From contig NW_004797315.1 of NCBI RefSeq assembly GCF_000002075.1, positions 346,733-410,584 of the forward strand: a DNA stretch of 63,852 nt, written 5' to 3'. This stretch comes from Aplysia californica. Its lineage: Eukaryota. Below, piece by piece: positions 52,081 through 63,852 of the stretch. The position numbers and the translations under genes are program-made. The first letter of the stretch is position 1, and the number at the start of each line of letters is the position of its first letter. The notes under the pieces are model-generated. The model made no database searches. It saw only the letters and a program-made list of their open reading frames with translations, and was not told where the DNA came from.

Positions 52081-55000
52081 TCCTTTTTTATTAATAAAGT
52101 GACTATTTCTCCGAACAGTCGGGAAAATTATAAACTTTCAACACCTCTATAGTGTCTATTTCTCCACACGATTTCAGTTCTCTTGAGATTTTTTTGTCAT
52201 TTGCAAGATTTAAGCGTCATCTTTCATTCTGCCATTCTGCGAGGATTGAGATGAAGTAGCATTTTTTACATCGAATTCAATTTGTAGAGACAGACTAGAG
52301 ATTTACCGAGTCTGTGTACTTCAATTGTGGTTGGGGCAGCGTTCGCGGACTCTATACACTTCATTTGAAAATACCTTCAAAAGGTACTGCAAGAAAACAA
52401 GACTGCTCGACATTGGCAGTAGCCTGTTTTGTATTTTGTCATCCTAAAGCAAAAACTAAAACCGTTCAGCCTTCATGTAGACAAACAAAATAATAATCCC
52501 TCCCCCCCAACTCACCCCCACGCCTCGTTCACCCCTTATCCACACAAACGCACACTCACACCCCCACCCCCACCCCCACACACATACCCACACACACACA
52601 CCCACACACACACACATATGTGCGTGCGGGCCACTCAATTCGCAAATTAACAACTAATCTCGAGAACGGAAACCATTAGAAGAAATGGAGTTAAGTTTAT
52701 TTTCCCGAGCGTTTGGAGAAATAGTGCCGGCCTTTTAAAAATTACTAAAGTTGTAGCGGTTGTGACTTGATACTCTGGCAACACTGTCAGTTTGACTTGA
52801 AATTCGTTTAGGATATCTAGATTAGGTCTACTTTCAAAGCCCTGTGGTTTTTGTTCATTTTTATCCGTTTTACTGGAATATTGACTTTCTATTCGTTGCA
52901 AATAATTAACTATCTAGTCTATCTATTCCCAATTTATGGTGTGGTAATTTCCATGCTCCAGACCAGGAATCAGGGGGGGGGGGGCATGCCTTCCTCAGAT
53001 AGGGGGGGGGGGGGTTACATTCTTTCCGCAACAATTTGATGAACATTTTTTTTTTTTTTTTGCAATTTAAGTTGAAATTTTCTTGAATATAATTGATTTT
53101 TATAAAGTTTTAGTACTTAAGTAAGTGGTCGTGTGATCTGCAGCAGAAATTACTGCAGTTAGACCCCCAAAGCTGTGCGTCTGTGTGTGGGGACTGAGTG
53201 AAAGTAATTTTTTACCATTTTTTCTCTCTTCTAATGTTTTATTGGCGATAGTTATTTCACTTTTAACATTTTTGTGGGTCTTCCCTTAATTGAAAAAATT
53301 AATGTAGGTATAGATCTGTTGGCAAATACTGAGCAAGCATAGAATAATTTTTGTTGGTATTATAGACTCAAACATTTTTATTCGCTCTAATCTTTGGCTC
53401 AGGTGTATTCTTATATTATTAATTATTTAGAGTGAAATTATATGTCTCAAATGCTCACTTTTCTTCTTGTTCTTTATTTTTGTGTGTTATGATTCTGATT
53501 GTTTAGACTGTCCTATATCCTTCATGAATTATTCAAAGTGGCTATGCATACCTCCCATACGCCCTCGCGGCTATGCATACTACGGCCCTCCGGTATGCAT
53601 AGCATCGAGGCTATGTGAGCGGCCCTCCACTTCACATAATAATAATAAGCAAGGCTTTGTAGGCGGCACATACTATCAAACCGAGCACTTCCGACTCTAC
53701 CGAATAACTTTAAAATGAATTAAAGTAGGAAAAAAATATTATTTTACCTCCCCTTACCCCCACCCGCCTTATATTCCCCAAACTCCCAAATCAAACAAGC
53801 TGCAGCCACTAAAAATGACAGTCCCAAGCCTGTTTAATCGCAAGGGAAATTGTATTGTTTAGTATTGAAGGTTGTAGTAGACTAGTAGACCGTCAGATGG
53901 AACAGTTGAGAGACTGGTCCAGTGGTAGGACACAAGTAGAACAGAAACATCATGGTAGACTGTCATGTGGATAGGCACCAAATAATGTTGTATTTATTGA
54001 ATATTTCAGAAAACGGATTTGTATGAATGGCTAATCTAAGTAATAATAGACTTTAACTACTTTAAGAAATCCCTTTTGATAAATTCTTTTTCGATGCCAT
54101 CTCCATCCACCTTCCCTCCTACACACTATTTAACTGTGAAGTGTTCTTGTTCAAAATCAAGGGGAAAATGTTTTTACGTATACTGTTAGTTTTGTTAAAA
54201 ATAAGAACATCCTCTGCTGAGAAAAAAAACAGACTTTTACTTCAAGGTAAATAAAAAATTAGACCATGGTACAATTCTAAATTATCTCTGAGGTCTTCCC
54301 CTAGAAATCTTTCTATTGTAGTACCTAACTAATCTAAAAGCAAGTCTGAGCTGTGCATCAGGGCTCAAATAAAAACTGAGTGTAGGATAATGTTTTTGTT
54401 TTGTTTATTTTGTGCAGTGTCTAGCCCTTGGGTGAATTTGTTTACTCATCAAACACACAATTGTTGAAGTTGACAAGAAATTGTTGGGCTCAGAGGTAAA
54501 ACTGATGCGATGGGTTCAAGACGGAGCTGAAGCATCAACCGACTGACATTTGGTGTGAAGTCTTGTCAGCCAAATAAAGGCTTTGTCTCCTTTTTAAAAA
54601 AACAAATGAAAGACCCGCTCTTCAGTTGGACGAACACAGGTCTGTGGTGTGAATAAGCTGTTGAACGACATTGAAAGCAAATAATTCTGAAAGCCCGTAG
54701 AACAACCTGTGAAGTGCTCATTGTAAAGCTATGCTGTTTTAGTATGGTGGGGATTTGTTTTCTGCACTGAGAAAGTCTCTGAGGAATATCGGAGAAGAGT
54801 GGGCTCTGGTTTTCCTACCTCTGGCAGATACCGTGTGTGCTTTGGTTTGAAGTCTGTACCCCTCTCTTCTATTTCTCGATCACATCACACATGAAGACCG
54901 GTATCTTTTTAATACTGGGCCGTCCTGCTTGGTTCAAATCTACTGTTTTCAACTGTTGTAGATTTCTAGATGAGTTAAGGACATCGTCAACTTTCAGCAG

Positions 55001-55975
55001 ATGTTAACACATGGCATGTTTATCATTACATTTGGTGTGCTGTGAGTTCAGTTAATTTGCTTCCAGGCTAGAGTTGGGTCCAAATTTCCATCAAGTCACT
55101 CTTCAACTTGGATTCATTAAGAAGTGTTCATGTATCTTCAGCACTTGGATGTGTCCTATTTGACGTTTTACTTCGGGGGGGGGGGGGGGGGGGGTCTCAC
55201 TTGTTGTGTAACTTCATTGTGTGGAAAAGCGGCACCAAACCTTGTGGCCACTAGTGGTATTGAAATATCATGGGGATGAATAACAAGTACTGATAAAGGT
55301 GGTGAAGTAGTAGACACATGGCTCGCTTAATGTGGTAGAGGTCTCATTCGCACAAATTGTCACTTCTCTGAGCTGAAGTAATGGGTATAATTTGTACTTC
55401 AGGGTAGACTGCGGAAACTGCAAAAACAAGCACAGCCAATGTAGAATGGGGCTCTTCACTGAGGGTTGCTACATCTTATAATAAAATGTCACACAGCCAG
55501 CTCAGTGTTTCTTGCTACAAGTATTGGGCAAAGGGGAGAGGAAGAATAGGAAGTAAAGAAATACTGACTTGTGCTGGAGGTTTTATTTTCTTTGAGATCA
55601 TTCCTTGTTGGGAGGTAGGAATTCCTTGTTGGGAGGTAGGAAATGATATGGTGGAAGGGTGGGGAGGGGGAGGGGCTGAAGGGAGGCTGAAAATATAGGC
55701 ATGAAAACAAGTGTCCAACTCAAAAGTCCCCGTGCTGCATCTGGCACGGGGAACAATTATTATTATATATCTGGCCTGAGAGGGAATTTTAGGAGGTCCA
55801 AAAAATCTCCATAATAATGATAAAACTCAAACATAACAAACTTGTGGATTAGGAAAGAATTCCAACTTTCAGCTCTGACAAATTGACGTGAGGAGCAAAT
55901 TTTGGCTTGACTTTATTTGTTATTATAATGTTAACTTTTAGTCTGTTTTCATTTTTATTGTTTAAAAACAGTTAT

Positions 55976-56320
55976 TGGGTGTTTGGCGGGTGCTCTGGTG
56001 TGGTTTGCTCCTTCTTTCCTGTCTAACATCTATCGTCCTTTTCTCCCCTTCTTTTTTGTGTATGTTACTCTCTTGTAAAAAGTCTGAGGTATCCACAGTC
56101 TCTTTGTGAGATACGTATAAGATGATGTGGGTGGTTGGCGGGTGCCCTGGTGTGGTTTGCTCCTTTTTTCCTATCAAACATCTATTGTCTAAAAGTTATC
56201 TTTCCCCCTTTTAAAAAAAAAAGTTTTTTACTCTCTTGTAACACCTCTAATCTTCGGCACTTATATGACCTTATTGTGTTGCAAGTGCTATAAAACCCTT
56301 ACTAAAACTAAACTAAAAAA
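55976..56320 (+). mobile_element. Two S1 copies (partial 55976-56078; full 56126-56320)
   Basis: Match the consensus. Confidence 0.8.
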
Positions 56321-57545
56321 CAGTTTAGTAGTTTTCCACCGCTCAATGAGTGTTTTGTGCACCCAGTTTGGTCGGTCACCTGAAGGGTTATATTATATTT
56401 GAGTTTGCTTTCTGTGTGAAATTGAGTTTGACACCCCGTGGTGGAGACAGAAAATGTTTTATCAGTGGTGTGCCTGATTGATGTCAGCGTAATTGATAAG
56501 GGAGTGTGTCAGGTGTGTAGTTAGTGGGTCATGGTGCGCATGTTTCGGGGCATGGTGGAGTTTGATGGTCTGAGGTCAGTTATCTCAGCTCGTAAATTCC
56601 CGCAGCAGCCGTTTCGTTTCTTCTTTTTTTTTTTATGATCATAGTTTATGATGGCCGTATATCTCCTCTGTCATTCTGCTGATGTTGTAGGGTATGATAA
56701 TCATTTTGCCTTTGTGAGCAATTTGTTCTTTTCAATTTGAAAATGACAGCTGTCTTTTTTTGCCTGTGTAAAAAAGAGAGTATTTATAAAAGCAGGAATT
56801 TTGTGCTCTGAGACGCGGCGTAACTTCGGAGTGATTAAAGCTGGTGGCAAACTGAAGCATGCTATTACCAGAGTTGGATGGGTTTTGCTAGTCAGAGATA
56901 ACTAAAGAATGGTCTCGGTGATTTCAAACAATCGTTGGTCCTTGAGATAATTGACAATTTAGAAGTGATGTCGATCGCTTATGCACGGCTATTTGTTTTG
57001 TTCCAATTAAAGGAGGGTTTATTGGAGAAAGCACTTCTTGTACTCTGTCTAGTAGTAAATGAAACAGTTTCACCTTTTTTCTTCCCCACTGATGCTACTG
57101 TAGTTGCCACCAGAGCCATGCATTGTTTTCATATGTGTTAAATACGAACATTTCATTGCTGAACTGTGTTCAAGATATGTCACCTGTTGTTCCGTGACCT
57201 CAAAAAGCAGAGAAGGATTTAATGTCAAACAGACTCCCTGTGTGCCCTGTGGTTATTATTGCTGTTATTTGGCTGCTCTACAACACAGGACTTTTTTTTA
57301 AAAATATCAGTGATAAAGGGAATTCTTGCCCATTATCTCTCAGACAACTATTTTTGGCACTCCTGATATCAGCTGTTGACTGTTTTGAATTTAAATGATA
57401 AAGTATTCCACCGTCAAGACAGCTGCTACTGTTTTTAATGAGCTAGTTTCTGTTACCTGAATTGTGAATCTGCAGGGAAGTTATTGTGATTGTGGAGAGA
57501 AGTTTTCATTAGCTGAATTGTGATTGTGCAGGAAAATGTAAGAGA

Positions 57546-57776
57546 ATGGCTACTTCTAACTGTGCTGGACGAGAACACGTGCAGGAAAAGTTGTTGGCGT
57601 GGAAGAGTAAAGAGCCTCCCTGGGATTACGAATACCACGAGCGAGATATCGTCATATCAGATTTGTGCCCCATGTTTAAGAGAACCAGGATCAGTCGCTT
57701 AATGAATGAAATCCACGAACGGATAGTTGCGATCAAACAGAAGTATCCGCGAGACCCAAAGTTGCGCAAAGCCAAG
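57546..57776 (+). CDS. Candidate alternative first (or cassette) exon of HARS, 77 aa, unknown function
   Basis: AGAATGG start context, coding-like composition, ends LRKAK with strong phase-0 donor AAG|GTAACT. Confidence 0.55.
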
Positions 57777-59095
57777 GTAACTGTTGCTTAGCCTGCCCAC
57801 TCTGCTAAGTCCTGATGGCTCAATTTTACTTGCCTAAAACTTCATAGAAGCCATATATATTATGATTTATATCTTATTTTGTTCTTTCAAGAGCTTGATT
57901 AGAGAAAAGTTTGCTTGCACTTTAATTCATCTTAACTAAATAATAGTAGAACTCCTCTGAGATGTGTATTAAGGAAACCAGCATGCACATCAGTTGGGCA
58001 GTTGTGTCATACTATCTGAGGTTTGTAGAATTACTGAACAAATTGTTTGAGCATCTCAAGAATTTCATTGAGATTCGCCTGTTACAGTTGTGTGTGCTTT
58101 ACATCAACAGTTCGCCGTTCCAATGTCTATTTGAATCCTATTTCTCACGCCGGCTAGTTTGGAAGGAATTCTGTACCGAGCGACAATATGAAACAGTAGA
58201 ATAGAGAGTTATGGTTTAAGGTAAGAGTAAGGTTAGGGGTCGGGTCAGTGTTAGATTTAGGTGGTTTCTTTATAAATTGTGTTTGTTAGGGTGGTCGCCC
58301 GTTACAGAAGTCTTTCCACTAGTTTGATTCATCTTTCAACAAATGTGACCAGCTGCCACAGTGGTTTTCTTTTTTCGTTTGTGTTCTTTTTATAAATGGG
58401 TGCTTGTATTTGAGAGGATGTTGTGCATTGAATGGGCTCGTATGCATAAAACATGTCGTTATGTACTCTGTCAATTTTTTTTTCTAGAGAAGTGGTTTTT
58501 ATTGTCATTATTGTTGTTGGTGGTGGTGTTGTTATAATGTTATTGTTATTAAAGCTGAGACAAAACATGTCAATACAGAGATGATAATTAGGATTAGTTT
58601 GGCTGAAAGGTATTACTTTGAATGCAGTACATGTATGATATAGAGAAAATAGGGAAGGAGTTCCGCAGAGGGACGGTACTTACCGTGACACGGTCCACCG
58701 AGCAAACTTTACAAGAGTTAGGGTTAGGGTATACCCTGCTCAAAATATCCCCTCTTTTGTGTTTTGTTGGTCGGCCGGCCCTCTGTACAACTCCTTCCGA
58801 AAATAGTAACTGGGGCTTGAATCAACTGAGTAGCTTATAAAAATGTGTGTGGTGTAGTCTAAAACACAGACTGGGGATCTGCACTGTATTCTCTTTCCCC
58901 TTTTTGCTTTATCCGTTTCTCACCAGATTTGCTGACAAAGGAATATTTTTCTGCTTTGCTTTGCATATCTTGACGGTGTTGTTGGTGTGATCTGTGACTT
59001 CTTCTCACGGGACCTGTGTTATTTCTTCTTGTGGCCCTGACCCTCGTTCCTTCACTCGGCTGTTGTGGACGCTGGTCACTTACACTTTACGCAAA

Positions 59096-59206
59096 ATGTG
59101 GACGACTGTGATGGCTGTGCGGCGAATATGTCATTTCCACCTGCGAACTCTGCGACGTTCTGGACTTACGCTGCCCTATTCCTCATGCCGATACCTCTGC
59201 TCTCAG
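59096..59206 (+). CDS. HARS: Alternative first exon encoding a mitochondrial presequence (mitochondrial HisRS isoform)
   Basis: AAAATG; MWTTVMAVRRICHFHLRTLRRSGLTLPYSSCRYLCSQ is Arg/Ser/Thr-rich with no acidic residues; consensus phase-0 donor CAG|GTAAGA. Confidence 0.7.
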
Positions 59207-59545
59207 GTAAGAGATTGGTGTGGATGAGTGCGATGATGGGGTGTAGTTTGGGTGTGAGAGATTGGTGTACGGTTCATAGCTGTTTATCTTTTGGCGCTGT
59301 CGCAATGTGTTTATTGTTCTTAGCTCTTTTTCTAAAAAAGAAGAATAAATGTTTTTACATCCCTATCAACACAATTTAGATCGTTTTGAAGGCAGACTTC
59401 TGACCCAGCATGTCAGGGCCAACCAATTCTGAGAGGGGTACAACAACCTAGAAAAAGGACTGAGATACTCTGTAACATTTCTGCTTTACAAGTCCGAGGT
59501 ATCCAGTCTCTTTTTGAGATACGTATAATATATATAAAAGAAGAT

Positions 59546-59720
59546 GTAGGTGGTTAACGGGTGCTCTGGTGTGGTTTGCTCCTTCTTTCCTATCAAACAT
59601 CTATGGTCCTGATCTCTCTTTCTTTTTTTAATGTTTCTTCCTCTCTTGTAGCACCTCTAATCTTCTGCCCTTATATGACCGTATTGTGTTGCAAGTGCCG
59701 TAAAACTCACTAAAATATAA
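59546..59720 (+). mobile_element. S1 retroposon copy
   Basis: Matches the consensus. Confidence 0.8.
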
Positions 59721-59925
59721 AAACGTGGATAATAAGATGGTTAATCATAGCAGTTTGTGATAGAGTTTTAATGAAAGCAAGTTCTGGGCACTGTGGCTGA
59801 AGTCAGTGACTCTCTGATGTGTCCATATAGTGTGCCAGACAGGTAAATCACTGACTTTCTGATGTGTCTGTCGAGTGAGACAGTGTGTCTGTCAGAAGTC
59901 AGTGACTGCCTAGTGTGAGTCGATA

Positions 59926-59928
<3 letters not shown>

Positions 59929-59989
<61 letters not shown>
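59929..59989. repeat. (TG)n microsatellite
   Basis: About 30 units. Confidence 0.97.
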
Positions 59990-59990
<1 letters not shown>

Positions 59991-60393
59991 TGTTCACAAA
60001 GTGTCTTTCTATTAGTTAGGTAGAGGAGATTATAACACAGTGCATGGAGGTTCAAAAGTTCTTTGCTGACAGGGAATTTTTTAAAATTTTCACCTCTGCG
60101 AATTCCTTGGATTATCATTGTCTTACTTTTGAACTGTCTGTTGCATTTTATTTACATACTTTTCTCATGGCTTGAGAACGTGCTCTCTGTATGATAAGCT
60201 CTTTCATAAAATTCCTTGACCAAGATTGTCACAAGCAAAACAAAATTGCAAGAAGAGTAAAATCCTCTTTGTGAAAGTGTCGTGGTAAATTAGAACATCT
60301 TCTCCCTCCCCTTCCTTTTGTACACCATCATAATAATATTGTTTCTACATGTGGTATATAGCTTCACAACGGTGCATGCCACGCTATCCATTT

Positions 60394-60644
60394 GGTCGCT
60401 TTTAAGCACAAGGAAAACCCCCCACTGTTTTGAGAAAATTGAAGGTATCGTTTTTGGACTCTAGATCTAGTTACGTTTCTTTAAAAGACAAGGAGAGGTT
60501 TCTCTATAACCAAACAAATACACACACCAATGATATCAGACTTCTCCTATTGGTAGGGCAATGCCCACTTTTAGATTTAGTGTAGGTCAAGATTTCTGGA
60601 AACCCTCGAAATCTGGGTTAGTCCGCTAGTCCTTAAAAGCGACC
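60394..60644. mobile_element. MITE family D copy (opposite orientation)
   Basis: GGTCGCTTTTAAG ... CTTAAAAGCGACC. Confidence 0.8.
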
Positions 60645-60965
60645 TTATCTGACCAACAGTGATTTCTGTTCTTTCAAGATCGTCGTAAGACGTTCTTTAC
60701 AAAAAGGTGGGGAATAGAAATAGAATGAGAATAAAATGTTGCTTGTGGTCGTATGTCGTATGTGAGTATGCAGGGCTCCCCTTTTCAGGCAATCTTAAGA
60801 GATTCCTTCACCCTTTGGTTTCCTGTCTTAAGGGGTATTTAAACCCTTGTTTTAGGAACCTAAAGGGTTGTTGGTTGTCGGTGTTTTTCTGTTCATGTCT
60901 GACGAACTATTCCTCCAAAGTCAATTGTCTCCTAATTGTATTGTAAAAATGTTGGCGTGTAACAT

Positions 60966-61005
<40 letters not shown>

Positions 61006-61360
61006 NNNNNNNNNNNNNNNNNNNNNNNNNNNNNNNNNNNNNNNNNNNNNNNNNNNNNNNNNNNNNNNNNNNNNNNNNNNNNNNNNNNNNNNNNNNNNNN
61101 NNNNNNNNNNNNNNNNNNNNNNNNNNNNNNNNNNNNNNNNNNNNNNNNNNNNNNNNNNNNNNNNNNNNNNNNNNNNNNNNNNNNNNNNNNNNNNNNNNNN
61201 NNNNNNNNNNNNNNNNNNNNNNNNNNNNNNNNNNNNNNNNNNNNNNNNNNNNNNNNNNNNNNNNNNNNNNNNNNNNNNNNNNNNNNNNNNNNNNNNNNNN
61301 NNNNNNNNNNNNNNNNNNNNNNNNNNNNNNNNNNNNNNNNNNNNNNNNNNNNNNNNNNNN
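61006..61360. other. Assembly gap between (TC)n and (CA)n tracts
   Basis: Run of N. Confidence 1.
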
Positions 61361-61645
61361 CACACACACACACACACACACACGCACGCACACACACGCA
61401 CGCACACACACCCAAACCAGAAAAAAATCCTGATTCATTCTTCATAGCCATCCCAGGGTTCACATTCCAGTTTTTCCAAACTGTCGATTTTTTTCCCTCG
61501 TGAGAATCTCACAAGCCTCTTGGATCACTTCCTTCTCATCAAATGAAAATGCCTCATGCTTGCTTTTATGCCAAGTGATCAGTTTGTTGTTAACAGCTTT
61601 TGTGGTCAATGAACTGCGAGTACTGTATTTCTGACATAGACAAAC

Positions 61646-62161
61646 GGGGCTCTCGTGGTCTAGAAGATAAGGTCTTCGCCTCTCACTCAAAGGTCCCGAT
61701 TTCGAATCCGGGTAGCGACGGAAACATTTTCTTCACTAAAGTTGTCTCCTTTCGCCCCTTTTCCTGCTCTCTATGTTCTGTCGTCTGCTTTCGTCTCCAC
61801 TTTCTGCCCCCACCCCTCACCTCCTTTGCCCCTTCCTCTGGGCTCCTGACTCTTTCTGCAGCCTTTCTACTGTTTCTCCTTGGCTCCTTCTTACTGCTGT
61901 CTTTCAACCACACCCCTGGTCTTCTGGTTAGAAAGATCTACACCTAGCCTTTTCGGACAAGGGCGAAAAAATCTCGGGGGTCCCGTGTGCAAGTTGTGCT
62001 AGTTAAATATCCATTTGTGGTCTAAAATCGACAAGAGTAGGCTTCGGCTGCCACCCGGACAAAATTCTAAATGTCCTACCCACTGAAAATGTTTAATGTG
62101 CCCCATGCACTTATATAACCTTATGCAGTTGCGAGCGCCATAAAACACCTACCAAAACAAG
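61646..62161 (+). mobile_element. S3 tRNA-derived Meta/MESC-type SINE, second copy
   Basis: Colinear with 30681-31212; 9-bp TSD GACAAACGG. Confidence 0.87.
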
Positions 62162-63001
62162 GACAAACGGCGATTGCCCGTTGTCAAATCATTGACTCGG
62201 CTTCGGGATAGAGAATGGGGAAAATGGTGCTTGCCGGACGCACACCACCTACATTTTAAAGCGCATGCCTATGCAGTTGCGAGCGCCGTAAAACCTCACT
62301 GAAACAAAAGACGTACGCCAAGTAATGCCAACCCCCGAAACGAAATTTTAAAGAGTAACGCTCACGCACCGCCAAAACTTTAAATAGTTTAAGGGTGTAA
62401 TCTGCTGTACGCACACCTGTTCGGAATGGGGAGCCCTGGTGTGTGAAAAGCATTGTCATGGTATCCTTGTTGTGGTTAGTAAAAAAAAACAACTACTATG
62501 AAGCTGTTGTTCGTACATCTTTTAAAAGTGTTTTTTTCTTTCTTCATTTTTTGTTTTTTTTTTGGTGCTCATGACTGTGGTGGGGATGGTGGCGTAGTAC
62601 TTTGAAAATCGTGGTGGACAGGGGTTCGTTTCCTGTTCACTGTCATCTTAATTCAGAGTTGCATTTTTGCGAGCACATTTTTAGACAAAGTCAGTTCATT
62701 TTGGATATATCCCCGATAAAGTTGTAATTGTATAAGTAACGTTATTTTTATTTTAAATAAATGTTGGCCAAAATCAAGCGGTGCTGTGAACGTTTGTGAA
62801 TGCAACCAACTTGTGTTTTGTGCGCTCATATGACCTTATACAGTTGCGGGCGCCGTAAAACTCTTACTAAACTAAACAGATTGCACTTACAGTCGAACCT
62901 GCTCTAGCGACCACCTGTCCCAAACAATCACCTGTTCAAACGACCACCTATTTCCCCCCCCCCCCTCTTTGTGTTTTTAAAAGAGATGTTATGATAATGA
63001 G

Positions 63002-63172
63002 TGGGTGGTTGGCGGGTGCTTTGGTGTGGTTTGCTCCTTCTTTCCTATCAAACAAATATCGTCCTCATCTCTCCTCCTTTTTTGTTACTCACTTGTAACA
63101 CTTTGGCATCTATTCTTCGGCACTTACGTGACCTTATTGTGTTGCAAGTGCCATAAAACGCTTACTTAAACT
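63002..63172 (+). mobile_element. S1 retroposon copy
   Basis: Matches the consensus. Confidence 0.8.
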
Positions 63173-63349
63173 ATAATAAAGACACTTTCAAGGAGGACCA
63201 CCAGCCAAAGATGACCGCGCAGTTGCAAGCGCCGCAAAACCCTTACTGAACTTTTAAAAAAATATTTTTTTGAAGATGGCCGCTTTTCTCCGGACAGTAG
63301 GTAGTCGTCTCGAACATGTTCGCCAGTAATGTGTTTATTTTTTTATATT

Positions 63350-63735
63350 ATTATAGTAGAGGGTTTTACGGCGCTCGCAACTGCATATGGTCATATGAGC
63401 GCCAAGGGGTGGGTGTCAACAGAGAAGTCTTTACAGGGAATCAGACTTACTCTGCTCACCTCTCTAGCTTCTACAGCACAAGGTCTGCTTCAACTATCAA
63501 GGCACCCCGGAAATAGCAGGTCACAAGAGTGTGACAAACATACAACAGAAGTAGAGGAAAATGACAATAGTAAGGATTAGGAAAGAAAAAGCAGCAGTTC
63601 CTTGTTGTAGATTAGGCACAGTTATGAGCGTGACATGAATCAGCCCATTTACAAGTCTACTGTGCTTGAACGAGAAATGTCCCCCCTTTGGGAATGGCCT
63701 AAAGGCACTACAGTCAGTGGCACTGCCCCGGGGGA
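63350..63735 (-). mobile_element. S2 retroposon copy
   Basis: Colinear with 17436-17829. Confidence 0.85.
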
Positions 63736-63852
63736 TAAATAATAATACAGATAAACAATGCAGAAAGTGCACGGTGGTGATGGCATTTGTGTCATGACTC
63801 AGTGGAATCAGGTGCTCGTCTGTTTTGGGGCATATGAATGAAGTTATTAGTA

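Noticed and set aside
59065-59379. 104-aa hydrophobic ORF as a membrane protein
   Set aside because: It overlaps the better-supported presequence exon in another frame and reads through a consensus donor.
60868-61503. Long ORFs spanning N runs (also 6824-7405 and 48094-48428)
   Set aside because: Artefacts of assembly gaps and microsatellites.

Overview
Eukaryotic (animal, probably molluscan/gastropod; taxon is inferred) genomic scaffold with three N gaps. It holds three genes. (1) A complete 18-coding-exon INF2-family formin on + (CDS 1857-34222, about 1326 aa when spliced; all phases are consistent), with a DID, an FH2 and a DAD-like motif but no FH1 polyproline tract. (2) A single-exon CDS on - (45560-46687) for a divergent BUD23/WBSCR22-family SAM methyltransferase, with an N-terminal extension and a CxxC...CxxC insert. 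(3) Head-to-head with it, the 5' end of a probable histidyl-tRNA synthetase gene with three candidate phase-0 alternative first exons: a WHEP/cytosolic exon (49435), a mitochondrial-presequence exon (59096) and an unrecognised 77-aa exon (57546). The introns are dense with mobile DNA. Three short retroposon families share one covarying 3' stem-loop plus (ACTAAA)n tail. There is also a decayed Sola1 transposon, a hAT-like element with a 6-bp TSD, several MITE families, an RTE fragment and minisatellites. All calls come from manual reading; no database search was run.
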